From a virus (lineage: Duplodnaviria; Heunggongvirae; Uroviricota; Caudoviricetes), in the IMG/VR virus record IMGVR_UViG_3300032268_000658: a stretch of 30,004 nucleotides of DNA. The stretch is one strand, 5' to 3'. Positions 7,665-16,508 of the stretch are shown in pieces. The notes under the pieces were generated by a model. The model was given only the letters and a program-made list of their open reading frames with translations, searched no databases and was not told the DNA's origin. The position numbers and the translations under genes were made by a program. Positions within the stretch are counted from its first letter, which is position 1. Each line of letters begins with the position of its first letter.

Positions 7665-9863
7665 TTAGAAATCTAATTTAACTACGTACTGCTGAATACC
7701 TTGACGTAATTCAGGAGACTGTAACTTAGATATAACAATAAGGTCTTTATTTGAATCGTAAAGCCCAATTTCAGTAACATATGATTTTGTACCCTTACTC
7801 CAAGTTGGATTTGACGTGTTGGTGAATTGATTACGCCCAAGATTGACAAGATATTTCATCTCATAAATTGTTGCGGTAATATCAGTTTCCAAGTTCCCAT
7901 AAAAATAAAACTCATCACCAAAATTCAATTGTTTGGTCTGTCCGTTTTCAGGTAAGTCTAAAATTGGACCTAAATTATAATAGGTTGCTCCTGTTGTTGG
8001 ATAGTAATTATCGGTGGTAATTTGAAACGTTGTTCCTGTAATACCATCCATAGTGATATAACCATTTGATAGAGTCATTGCAGTTGTAACATCAATTACT
8101 CTCCAAGCAGTTGATGATGGTCTTGTATCACCTGTAACTATTTGGCATAATAACTTCATAGAAGTTGCAGAATATCCTGAGAATTGTTGTTGAGACATGA
8201 ATGTAAATTCATCTCCAAATCTAACAGCAACGTTTTGTGTGTTAGCTGTAACCGCATTAATAGGTTGTACAGAAGTATAGTAGTTACAATGAAGTGAACT
8301 TGTCGCTCCTGTATTTGTATCAAATCTATATGTTACCCACATTCTTTGAGTTGGACTTGTCATTACACCAGATTGTACCACACTATCAGATGAACAAGCG
8401 TTAGGTGTTAGTAATGAAAGTTTCGGTGCTGGTAATGTCCAGTTTCTATTTGCTTTATAAGACATTGCGGCAATCACTTCCTCATCATCAACAACAATTA
8501 TTTCTTGGTCAGGGAATACTTTACCAATTCTATTCAAGTTACCATTACTATCAGGGTTTGTATCCCATAGATGATAGTATCTAATACCAGGGTCATTCAT
8601 ATCAAGGTTCTCAGTTGATTTGATATAATATGGTGTACATAAATCATAACCTGGAGGGTCTATCCAAAACGTTTGTCCGATAGTTGTTCCTGTTGATTTA
8701 TGCCACATCAATGTTGGCATAGTTAACTTAAAATGTCTTGCTAATCCGATATCATCAGTTGGATTCTGTGGGTCATACGGTTGTGTCGCAAATTTTTCAC
8801 CATAAACATTATCAATGTCTTGATTGGTGTAGTGTATAATAGCAATTGCCTTTTGTTCTTTTGGTGTAACTATTATTTGTTCATCAAATGAGTTATAAAA
8901 ATAAACTTTACTTGTATCTGTTTGTCCACTTGGCTCTTGATAACCTAAATATTCTTTAGTTCCAATGTAAGAAACAGAACCATAGTTTGCATAACTTTCA
9001 TACGTACTTGGATAAAGACCTGCAGGATTTTCACTCCAAGGAATATTCATATTCCAAATTAAAGTATTCTCTCGATTTGTAACATCACAAGGTGATTCAA
9101 AGTTAAGAGTGTCGGTTTGCCAAAATGGTGCTGGTGTTATAAAGTCATATAATTGAGTCATCCCTGATGGATAAACATAAAGTCGACTATAATATGTACC
9201 AGAGTTTAATCCAACATATGCTGGTAAATTTCTATCTAATGTAATTGTAAACGTAGTACCTGTGGTACCCGTTGTAGGATTCATGTTTTGAATCTTATAA
9301 GTTAAAATTTGATTCATACCAAAATCACCACATCCTCCATTACCATCAAATACCATAGTTACAAAGTCACCAATGTTAGGTGTCCCTGTTGTTGATTGAT
9401 TACAAACATTAATATCAAAATCAATCTCAATTTGAGTTTGTCCTGTCATTGTAGACATATCAATCCAATAATTTGGTGTTATAGTATAACCCGAACTTGT
9501 TTCAATCAATGTATTACCTGTTGTAAAAAATCCTTTTGGTCCTGCTGAATTATATACTGATTGAATTTGGTTATCCATAAATGGAATACCATATGTGTTA
9601 CCCGCACTTCCTTCAACATAATAAGGGTACTTAATATTTTGTTTGTTTGATTGAGGTGAACCAGTGTCATTCTGAGCATTGAACGCTGGCATCAAAATAT
9701 TATTATTGGTTTGATTATAGTTCGTTACAGCACTATAACTAACCTCGCTATCTCCAATTTGGAAATACGATATGTTGAAATTTCCTTGAGAGATATTTCT
9801 TCTTCCAACGTCTGTTAACCTTGTGTTAATTAACGCTGCAGTATTTTTAATAATATATGACAT
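7665..9863 (-). CDS. Probable virion baseplate/tail-collar-like structural protein with a large internal insertion
   Basis: N-terminal RLTDVGRRNISQGNFNISYFQIGDSEV and C-terminal YVTEIGLYDSNKDLIVISKLQSP resemble the two halves of the tail-collar/fibre-anchoring domain (LT..GR...M.IGD; EIGL.D..G.L). TATTTAT motif upstream. Confidence 0.6.
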   Translation of the reverse strand: MSYIIKNTAALINTRLTDVGRRNISQGNFNISYFQIGDSEVSYSAVTNYNQTNNNILMPAFNAQNDTGSPQSNKQNIKYPYYVEGSAGNTYGIPFMDNQIQSVYNSAGPKGFFTTGNTLIETSSGYTITPNYWIDMSTMTGQTQIEIDFDINVCNQSTTGTPNIGDFVTMVFDGNGGCGDFGMNQILTYKIQNMNPTTGTTGTTFTITLDRNLPAYVGLNSGTYYSRLYVYPSGMTQLYDFITPAPFWQTDTLNFESPCDVTNRENTLIWNMNIPWSENPAGLYPSTYESYANYGSVSYIGTKEYLGYQEPSGQTDTSKVYFYNSFDEQIIVTPKEQKAIAIIHYTNQDIDNVYGEKFATQPYDPQNPTDDIGLARHFKLTMPTLMWHKSTGTTIGQTFWIDPPGYDLCTPYYIKSTENLDMNDPGIRYYHLWDTNPDSNGNLNRIGKVFPDQEIIVVDDEEVIAAMSYKANRNWTLPAPKLSLLTPNACSSDSVVQSGVMTSPTQRMWVTYRFDTNTGATSSLHCNYYTSVQPINAVTANTQNVAVRFGDEFTFMSQQQFSGYSATSMKLLCQIVTGDTRPSSTAWRVIDVTTAMTLSNGYITMDGITGTTFQITTDNYYPTTGATYYNLGPILDLPENGQTKQLNFGDEFYFYGNLETDITATIYEMKYLVNLGRNQFTNTSNPTWSKGTKSYVTEIGLYDSNKDLIVISKLQSPELRQGIQQYVVKLDF

Positions 9864-9868
9864 CTTTT

Positions 9869-9875
9869 ATAAATA
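9869..9875 (-). promoter_or_regulatory. TATTTAT motif, candidate phage late promoter, 5 nt before ATG 9863
   Basis: Minus strand ATATTTATAAAAG-ATG. The same heptamer precedes other probable structural genes. Confidence 0.55.
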
Positions 9876-9884
9876 TTTTAATTG

Positions 9885-12494
9885 TTATGAACATACTTGT
9901 ACGTCTAAAATTTGACCTATAGCTCCAATTTGTACGGCATAATTAGCACTTCCTTTACGCATTTTATGATAGTTAAATCCTCCATTATAAAAAGTTTCTA
10001 AAGCTGGTTCGTTATAGACATAGTTCCCTTCAACAGGCACTGAATCTTCAGCTGCCATGTACTTACTAGTAACTGGAGTATTAAATGGATTTCCGTTTGT
10101 ACAACATGATGACGCACTAGCGAATCCTGTTAAATCTGTAAGATAAGATTGACCTGGTGGTGGAGGGTCTGGTACGTACGGTGAAGGACATCCCGTTTGA
10201 TATCCACTAGTATATACCGATATGGCAGTTGATTGAGATGTATATGTTTTACCTTGAACAGTAAACGATGTACTAGCAGGATTACCAGGTATATACCCGT
10301 ACACTCTTTGGAATGGAGCCTCAAATGGTTCTACAAATTTTCCATTTGTATATGCCTGAGTGTAATAACCTTCGTTGTTTACACAATCATAGATACTATA
10401 GTATACTTGAGTTGTCTCTGGTGGTGTCTCTGCGTTTGGTGTATAATCCAAACTATTACTATTGATTGAATTACGTTGTGCATCTGCAACAACTAAACAA
10501 CAACTACATCCTTTAATCTGTGGTGTTACTAATTGTGCAAATATTTCTTGACTTAAGTTTGTTAAACAGTTGTCACTATATTGTCCGTCAGTTATTGATA
10601 AAGTTGAGTTGTCAACAATTATCACAGGTGATGAATTACTAATCTCTAATGTATAAGTGGTGGCACTACTCACAATTGTTTGTTCTGAAGGACTGCAGTT
10701 AGGTCTCGTTCCTGTTTCGCTTGACGATTCTGCAGCTGTTTGTGTTATCTCAACTCCTCCTTGACTGACTGTGAAATTTTCGCCTATATATCCCGTACCA
10801 GGTCCGTTATATGTTTTTGTAGACGATAACACTAATTCAAATTCTATAGTAACTCCATTAGGTAATTCAGGTGTTGTTACTACCTGTACTGTTGTTTGTC
10901 TTGAACTGCTATTAGGTTGTACAGAACTTATAACGTTATCCGTATTAGCACTTATTGTTAATTGATATGTCACAGGCGATTCGTCATATCCAACAGTAAC
11001 TGTCTGAGTTATCACATTTTCCGCGTAATCTTGAGTTATTACATTATACGCTTTTGGACTTAATCCATTAAAACTATTACTACTTTGATATGTAATTCCA
11101 CCATCAATAGAATATGAATAAGGAATTACACCATACTTTGCAGAAATAGTAATTGACCCGTTAGCATTAACTGTTGAATTACAACTACTATTTTGGACAG
11201 TTGCAACCGCCTGTAATGGTACTGACGCTGGACAATCTCCTTGATTCATTGTTACTGAATATGCAACTGTACCTCCAATAATTGCCCATCCATTATCAGG
11301 GTAGTAAGATGTTGTTGTACTAGCGAATATACCTCCTCCATTAGGGGTGTATGGCGTAGACATATCTGATTGAAGAATCTCCCAACGATTTCTAGTAATA
11401 GACCAAACAATATTAAGTTGTCCGTTGTATGTCCAAGTTGTCTTACCATTCTTATTACCACTACCAACAAATTGATAAGGTCCGATTGCTTCTGTTGAAG
11501 AAATTGCAATTAAACATAATTTAGGACAAATACCTGAAGGTGTTACTGTTGGAGTAACTGTTTGAGTTGGTGTTGCGGTTGGTGTTGGTGCAACTAATGA
11601 ACATACCGTACTTGCAGTATAATCACCGTAATAGTCGACCACAACAACTTCATAAGTACCTTGAGGTACTCCAACTAAAGTTTGATTTCTTTGCCCACCT
11701 TTCCAATAATATGAATAAGGACTTGTACCTCCCGTTATTGTTAACGACAAAATACCATCCAAAGATGTTGATGTTTTTGGTTGTGAAATTGGTTTACATT
11801 GAACTCCCATTTCAAATAGTGTGAACACATCACATTCATTTTTTAATTTAAGAACTTGGCTATTTGTTGGAGTCACATTAGGTGTTCTTGTAAGTGTTGG
11901 TGTTGTTGTATTTGTCGGTGTTATTGTAGGAGTTGTTGTATTTGTTGGTGTGTATGTTGGAGTTTGTGTTGGAGTAGGTGTGGGACAACTAACTGTTGCA
12001 ACATTATTTAATAATGTAACACCATTTGATAGACCTCTTTTAGTATAATCCATTGTCACCAATAGACCTACTTCAGTTCCTTGAATAAAATTACCACAAC
12101 AGTCAATGTAATAATAACTTCCTGTTGTAACAGCTTCTCCACACCTAATAGGTGTTGTTGATGGAGTTGGATTTGGTGTTCTTGTTTGTGTTGGAGTTGT
12201 GGTTAACGTTGTTGTTGGCGTTGGTGTAATTGGATTACTTGCTGTTAGTGTAGTAGTTGGTGCAGGCGTGGATGTTTCTTGAGGACATGGTACATTACCA
12301 CAAAAATCTCCTTGACTAAATGTTCCATCACCTGTTAATGTATCTTCAATGGCACAAGCAATATAATAACTACCTCCAGCATTAACAAACGCAGAATCGG
12401 AAAACCCGTTAAAGTTTGTCCAATAAATGGTACCAGAACCCATTGCTATGTAGGTATAAGAGTAACAATTTCCACAAGTTGTTGATAACGCCAT
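9885..12494 (-). CDS. Large Thr/Ser/Pro/Cys-rich probable virion surface protein with Pro-Thr tracts and two SprB-like repeats
   Basis: Three TP-rich tracts; SprB-like modules GILSLTITGGTSPYSYYW...GTYEVVVVD and NGSITISAKYGVIPYSYSIDGG...GLSPKAYNVITQD; many paired Cys; no signal peptide seen. Confidence 0.7.
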   Translation of the reverse strand: MALSTTCGNCYSYTYIAMGSGTIYWTNFNGFSDSAFVNAGGSYYIACAIEDTLTGDGTFSQGDFCGNVPCPQETSTPAPTTTLTASNPITPTPTTTLTTTPTQTRTPNPTPSTTPIRCGEAVTTGSYYYIDCCGNFIQGTEVGLLVTMDYTKRGLSNGVTLLNNVATVSCPTPTPTQTPTYTPTNTTTPTITPTNTTTPTLTRTPNVTPTNSQVLKLKNECDVFTLFEMGVQCKPISQPKTSTSLDGILSLTITGGTSPYSYYWKGGQRNQTLVGVPQGTYEVVVVDYYGDYTASTVCSLVAPTPTATPTQTVTPTVTPSGICPKLCLIAISSTEAIGPYQFVGSGNKNGKTTWTYNGQLNIVWSITRNRWEILQSDMSTPYTPNGGGIFASTTTSYYPDNGWAIIGGTVAYSVTMNQGDCPASVPLQAVATVQNSSCNSTVNANGSITISAKYGVIPYSYSIDGGITYQSSNSFNGLSPKAYNVITQDYAENVITQTVTVGYDESPVTYQLTISANTDNVISSVQPNSSSRQTTVQVVTTPELPNGVTIEFELVLSSTKTYNGPGTGYIGENFTVSQGGVEITQTAAESSSETGTRPNCSPSEQTIVSSATTYTLEISNSSPVIIVDNSTLSITDGQYSDNCLTNLSQEIFAQLVTPQIKGCSCCLVVADAQRNSINSNSLDYTPNAETPPETTQVYYSIYDCVNNEGYYTQAYTNGKFVEPFEAPFQRVYGYIPGNPASTSFTVQGKTYTSQSTAISVYTSGYQTGCPSPYVPDPPPPGQSYLTDLTGFASASSCCTNGNPFNTPVTSKYMAAEDSVPVEGNYVYNEPALETFYNGGFNYHKMRKGSANYAVQIGAIGQILDVQVCS

Positions 12495-12522
12495 TTGTTT
12501 TGGTTGGTTAGTTTTTAGTATT

Positions 12523-12538
12523 ACCTATAATTATAGGT
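12523..12538. promoter_or_regulatory. 16-bp perfect palindrome ACCTATAATTATAGGT in the intergenic region
   Basis: Self-complementary by direct reading. TATAGGTTT recurs 22 nt later (12532 and 12554). Function unknown. Confidence 0.35.
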
Positions 12539-12567
12539 TTTAAGTGTTTTTTGTATAGGTTTATTTG

Positions 12568-13275
12568 TTATGTGGTCGTAGGTGTTGGTGTTGGTGACGA
12601 GGTTAATGTTGGTGTTGGTGTAATTAAATTAGTACAAATGGCATAGTTAATAATTGTTCCTGATGTGTCTATCTGAACCGAATAAAAGAACCCTCCCCAA
12701 GCCATCAGAATCCATTTGTTCATTCCATTATAGATTGAATATAAAACTCCGTTATACAAATTAGAATAAACTTTAACTCCAATAACAGGGATTGTATTAG
12801 CTTGATTAATATAACAATATAGATTGTTAACACTCATTACGTCACCACAAGTGGTAGCTGAAGATGTGTAAGAATTTTGTCCAATTGCGTGAACTGAAAC
12901 AACAGGAGTTGCTGTAGGTGTTTGTGTATTAGTTGGCGTTGTTGTAATTGTGGTAGTTGGAGTTATGGTATTAGTTGGCGTTCGTGTAGGGGTTTGTGTA
13001 TTAGTTGGAGTATTGGTTGGTGTTTGTGTATTAGTTGGTGTAACACTGGGTGTCGGTGTTGGTGTAATAAGAATTGTATCAGTATCGATACATCCATTAA
13101 CATCTATTATTTGAATTATATAATCTGTTAAGTCGTAAGGACTTGAAACATCAAAACTAAATGGGAAAGTTGAAACTGTTGCGACGTAGACACAGCTTGC
13201 ACTCATAGAATCACAATAGTATATTTCTACAGGTGTATTTGCGGTTACTGATGTTATTGTTACTTGTTGTCCCAT
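12568..13275 (-). CDS. Pro-Thr-tract protein with an N-terminal three-Cys beta domain; probable virion protein
   Basis: Likely start MGQQV at 13275 (TAATG overlap with the upstream stop) rather than the track start 13308. TPTPTPSVTPTNTQTPTN tract and a C-terminal TPTPT tail. Confidence 0.75.
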   Translation of the reverse strand: MGQQVTITSVTANTPVEIYYCDSMSASCVYVATVSTFPFSFDVSSPYDLTDYIIQIIDVNGCIDTDTILITPTPTPSVTPTNTQTPTNTPTNTQTPTRTPTNTITPTTTITTTPTNTQTPTATPVVSVHAIGQNSYTSSATTCGDVMSVNNLYCYINQANTIPVIGVKVYSNLYNGVLYSIYNGMNKWILMAWGGFFYSVQIDTSGTIINYAICTNLITPTPTLTSSPTPTPTTT

Positions 13276-13493
13276 TATTGTACGAGTGTTGTTCCCGATA
13301 TGATACAATTATTTGAATCAATAACTTTTAACATATAAGAAACTGAATTATTATATGGCACAGGTATATCAAACACATATGGTATCACAGATGTTGTTGA
13401 AATGTAAAAACACCCTGTTCCGTTTGACTGACATATATAAACATCATAAGGAGACTGACCTGTTATACCATTAATTGTTACTTGTACCGCCAT
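13275..13493 (-). CDS. Small beta-rich protein (72 aa), paralog of the N-terminal domain of the downstream gene
   Basis: MAVQVTINGITGQSPYDVYIC...CFYI...PYVFDIP.PY...Y.LKVIDSNNC aligns by eye with MGQQVTITSVTANTPVEIYYC...CVYV...PFSFDVS.PY...Y.IQIIDVNGC. Confidence 0.78.
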   Translation of the reverse strand: MAVQVTINGITGQSPYDVYICQSNGTGCFYISTTSVIPYVFDIPVPYNNSVSYMLKVIDSNNCIISGTTLVQ

Positions 13494-13497
13494 ATTA

Positions 13498-13504
13498 ATA
13501 AATA
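13498..13504 (-). promoter_or_regulatory. TATTTAT motif, 4 nt before ATG 13493
   Basis: Minus strand GTATTTATTAAT-ATG. Confidence 0.55.
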
Positions 13505-13506
13505 CT

Positions 13507-14154
13507 TTAAAATCTATTTGTATTAGTGAGGAAATACTCCTCGTCTGTTTCTAAAAAAGTTTTTACGTTAAATACTGATTTTAATACTTTATCAGGATTA
13601 TTCAATATTCTATTAACTATTTTTTCTTTTCTACCAGGATATTCTTCATGTGTACCTTCAACCAAAAATTCTGTTAATTTGGTTATACCTTCTTTTTCTC
13701 TTAAATCACTAATCGATTTTTCTTCCCCTATTTGTTTTACGATATAAGACGTTTTAATGTATTTTAATCTATAATGGTTAAACTCAGGTGAAGTGATTTC
13801 TTGGTAGGAAACTTGTGGTAGTGGTTGTTCGAGCCACTGTATATCAATTAAAAATTTATATTTATTTAATGATAAATCATACATGGTATTCATATATGAT
13901 TCCAAAACATCTTGGTCTTTCAATGGACCTGTTATACAAAAATCAACGTCCCATGTTTTATTAAAATCATATAAAACTCCTCCCATCAAATACAACTCAT
14001 ATTCTTCAAGAATGTTTGTTGTGTTTTTAATTTCAATTAAAAATTCTTTAAGAACATTGTAAGATGGTCGATTCCAAATATTACTTGTTTTTACCTGTCC
14101 TCTTTGATAAAAAAAATATTGATTATTTTCTGCAATTTTTTCAAAAGTATTCAT
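13507..14154 (-). CDS. Putative DNA-polymerase-beta-fold nucleotidyltransferase
   Basis: LYLMGGVLYDFNKTWDVDF fits hG[GS]x9-13DhD; a third acidic strand LIDIQW follows. Confidence 0.6.
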   Translation of the reverse strand: MNTFEKIAENNQYFFYQRGQVKTSNIWNRPSYNVLKEFLIEIKNTTNILEEYELYLMGGVLYDFNKTWDVDFCITGPLKDQDVLESYMNTMYDLSLNKYKFLIDIQWLEQPLPQVSYQEITSPEFNHYRLKYIKTSYIVKQIGEEKSISDLREKEGITKLTEFLVEGTHEEYPGRKEKIVNRILNNPDKVLKSVFNVKTFLETDEEYFLTNTNRF

Positions 14155-14157
14155 ATA

Positions 14158-16410
14158 TTATGAACCTCCGCCTCCTCCTCCGCCTCCGCTTCCTCCTCCT
14201 CCACCACTTATTGATGCAGTATATGCGTCAGCACATACTTGACAGTCGGCAAATCCTTGAACTACAAATTTTGCAGTACTTGGTGTAATGTAATAATCTG
14301 TTACAATACCATCATAATTTAGAATAGTATAACAAAGACTACTTGTACTAACACTAACAATATTTCCTCCATCACTACCTGCAAATGCAAACGGTGCAAC
14401 ACTTGTTGGTGTATATATTGTTACGTTTTGTTCACTATCGTCACAAGCCCTTGCAGTGTATTTTCTATATGTCGGACAAGAAGAACATGATGTAATCGTA
14501 CTTACAAAAGGTTTTGATACAGTATAACTTGCATTTTGTACACCTACTTCACTATTGATTGTGATACAGAAATCATTAGTTCCATCATTACCTACTGCAA
14601 TTTCTCCAACTTTAACGTTGAAGTCTAAATAACTTGTTGTCGTACCAGCAACCCCAAATTCAAATATATTAATTGTAATTTGGGTAGGTTCAGAATAACA
14701 GCTCTTAACAATTATTGTTTGGTCGTTATCACATCTTGTTCCACTCCAATATTGATATTGTAGACATAATCCAATGCTAGCTGGTGTTTCCTCACAAGAT
14801 ACGCAAGTGGCATAAGTTATTGAAGGTGAGCCATCAAAATAGTTTCCTGAATACGTTACAGGTAATACCGTTGGTGGTGCAATGTATGTTGAATCAAATC
14901 TACCAATGTAGTTCCAACAAGTATTAAGTAAGTCTTTAAAAATTACTCCAGGTTGAGACACAAATGTCACTTTTTGTGTTTGAATCATTTGTGTTGGTAA
15001 CAAGTTAGGATATATTGGTGAACAACTTTCATACACATAAACATAATTAGGTGTTGTTGAAGGTGTTGGTGTCATTGTATGTGTTGGTGTATTAGTTGGT
15101 GTTGGCGTACTTGTTGGATTAGGTGTTGGTGGTGGAGTACTTCCAAAAGTTGACGTTGGCGATGGCGTTAATGTTGCGGTTGCAGTAATACTTGGTGTTG
15201 GTGTTTGAGAACTTGTTGGTGTAATAGTTGGCGTTGTTGTAATAGTTGGTGTTGGTGTTGGAATAATACTACAGTATTCACAAACCGAATAAAGTTGTAC
15301 GATATCTCCAACCACAGTATTTGATGAGAAGTTTGAATCATCTCTAGTATAACTAACACAATGGTATCCTCCGTTAAGTTCAACTAAAATAGTCATTCCA
15401 ATTACAACAGGAACTCCCATAAATGAAAGACCGTCTGTAACATAAAATTCATCACCTGATTGACAATCTGTTAATACCTTAACAGATACACAACTAAATG
15501 TTTCGTCTATCATTGGGAATGTTACTTGACCTCCTACAGGAACAGTATTTGTTAATGTAACTGAAGGTGTTAATGTTATTGTAGGTGTAACTGCTGGTGT
15601 ATATCCACTCATAACAAATGAAATACCCACTCCATTACAAATGTCACCAGTAGGTGTTGGTGTTGGAGTAACTCCAATAGTATCAACTATAAAGTTAATA
15701 TCATCACACGCGACACTTGGTGTTGGTGTTGGAAGTGGCTCCCAATCGCAGTCAAAATAGGCATTAAAGTCAAATGTTGAACAATTAACTTGAGTTGGTG
15801 TAGGTGTAGGGCAAACACCACTATAAAAATCATTTGCTGCAATATCAGGACAATCTGAATAACATGGTGTCGCTCCTTGTAAAACACAAGTTCCTCCAAG
15901 AGTATTAGATAAACACCAATAACTTTCCGTTACTCCACTATTATAATAAATTACGCCTGCAGTTGTTCCGTCACCAGAATAAGTTGGAGCTCCAGCATAT
16001 GTTGCTCCTTCAGTATAGTTGCCACTATAACCTGATAACGACGGCAAATAAGTATAGAAACAAAATACAGAATAACCACACCCTGATGGTACACTAAATA
16101 ACATAGGCATTAATTCCTCGGTTGGTGTCGGAGTTGGCGTTGGGCTAGATTCAGGAGTTGTTGTCGGAGTTGGCGTTGGAGTTGGTGTAGGACATTGAGT
16201 TTCTCCTCCCGTAAAAATTACTCCATTAGTTGAGTATATAGGACCTTCTTCATTATATGTAACCACTTTGGCAAATCCTGTAAATCCAGTACCTCCTACA
16301 ATACTATACACATATCCTTCAGTTAGTGTCCCTGGGATATTCTCAAATCTGAATAAGTTTGTGGAATCGTTACAGTCCTCAAATAAATAAATGTCGTATG
16401 GTTCGCTCAT
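14158..16410 (-). CDS. Large Cys-rich, Pro-Thr-tract probable virion surface protein with a Gly-rich C-terminal tail
   Basis: Several (PT)n tracts separating Cys-paired modules that end in CxxC (CEYC, CVSC, CSSC, CQVC); ends GGGGGSGGGGGGGS. TATTTAT motif upstream. Confidence 0.72.
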   Translation of the reverse strand: MSEPYDIYLFEDCNDSTNLFRFENIPGTLTEGYVYSIVGGTGFTGFAKVVTYNEEGPIYSTNGVIFTGGETQCPTPTPTPTPTTTPESSPTPTPTPTEELMPMLFSVPSGCGYSVFCFYTYLPSLSGYSGNYTEGATYAGAPTYSGDGTTAGVIYYNSGVTESYWCLSNTLGGTCVLQGATPCYSDCPDIAANDFYSGVCPTPTPTQVNCSTFDFNAYFDCDWEPLPTPTPSVACDDINFIVDTIGVTPTPTPTGDICNGVGISFVMSGYTPAVTPTITLTPSVTLTNTVPVGGQVTFPMIDETFSCVSVKVLTDCQSGDEFYVTDGLSFMGVPVVIGMTILVELNGGYHCVSYTRDDSNFSSNTVVGDIVQLYSVCEYCSIIPTPTPTITTTPTITPTSSQTPTPSITATATLTPSPTSTFGSTPPPTPNPTSTPTPTNTPTHTMTPTPSTTPNYVYVYESCSPIYPNLLPTQMIQTQKVTFVSQPGVIFKDLLNTCWNYIGRFDSTYIAPPTVLPVTYSGNYFDGSPSITYATCVSCEETPASIGLCLQYQYWSGTRCDNDQTIIVKSCYSEPTQITINIFEFGVAGTTTSYLDFNVKVGEIAVGNDGTNDFCITINSEVGVQNASYTVSKPFVSTITSCSSCPTYRKYTARACDDSEQNVTIYTPTSVAPFAFAGSDGGNIVSVSTSSLCYTILNYDGIVTDYYITPSTAKFVVQGFADCQVCADAYTASISGGGGGSGGGGGGGGS

Positions 16411-16417
16411 GTCTATA

Positions 16418-16503
16418 ATAAATAACCAGATTCTGGCTTTTTATACATTTTAAAAGATAGTTTTATTAAAAAACAAATAAAGACACCAATAATGTATATT
16501 TAT
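16418..16503. promoter_or_regulatory. Divergent control region with back-to-back TATTTAT motifs
   Basis: Minus-strand TATTTAT at 16424-16418, 7 nt before ATG 16410. Plus-strand TATTTAT at 16497-16503, 5 nt before ATG 16509. Short inverted repeat CCAGA-T-TCTGG at 16426-16436. Confidence 0.55.
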
Positions 16504-16508
16504 GAGAT

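Noticed and set aside
13276-13308. ORF-track N-terminal extensions (13308, 16764, and GTG 29243 as a start)
   Set aside because: 13275 gives a TAATG coupling and aligns with the paralog start; 16785 follows an A-rich leader; the frame upstream of 29243 stays open to the window edge.
1229-13747. Plus-strand ORFs in the track over the minus-strand block (e.g. 1229..1471, 2151..2444, 3275..3628, 5034..5264, 10233..10469, 13526..13747)
   Set aside because: They lie antisense to longer motif-bearing genes, have no recognisable motifs, and are expected shadows of biased codon usage and repeats.
14158-14200. Synthetic (G4S)n linker or vector contamination
   Set aside because: Irregular repeat and codons, continuous with a natural ORF, and no tag or vector sequence nearby.
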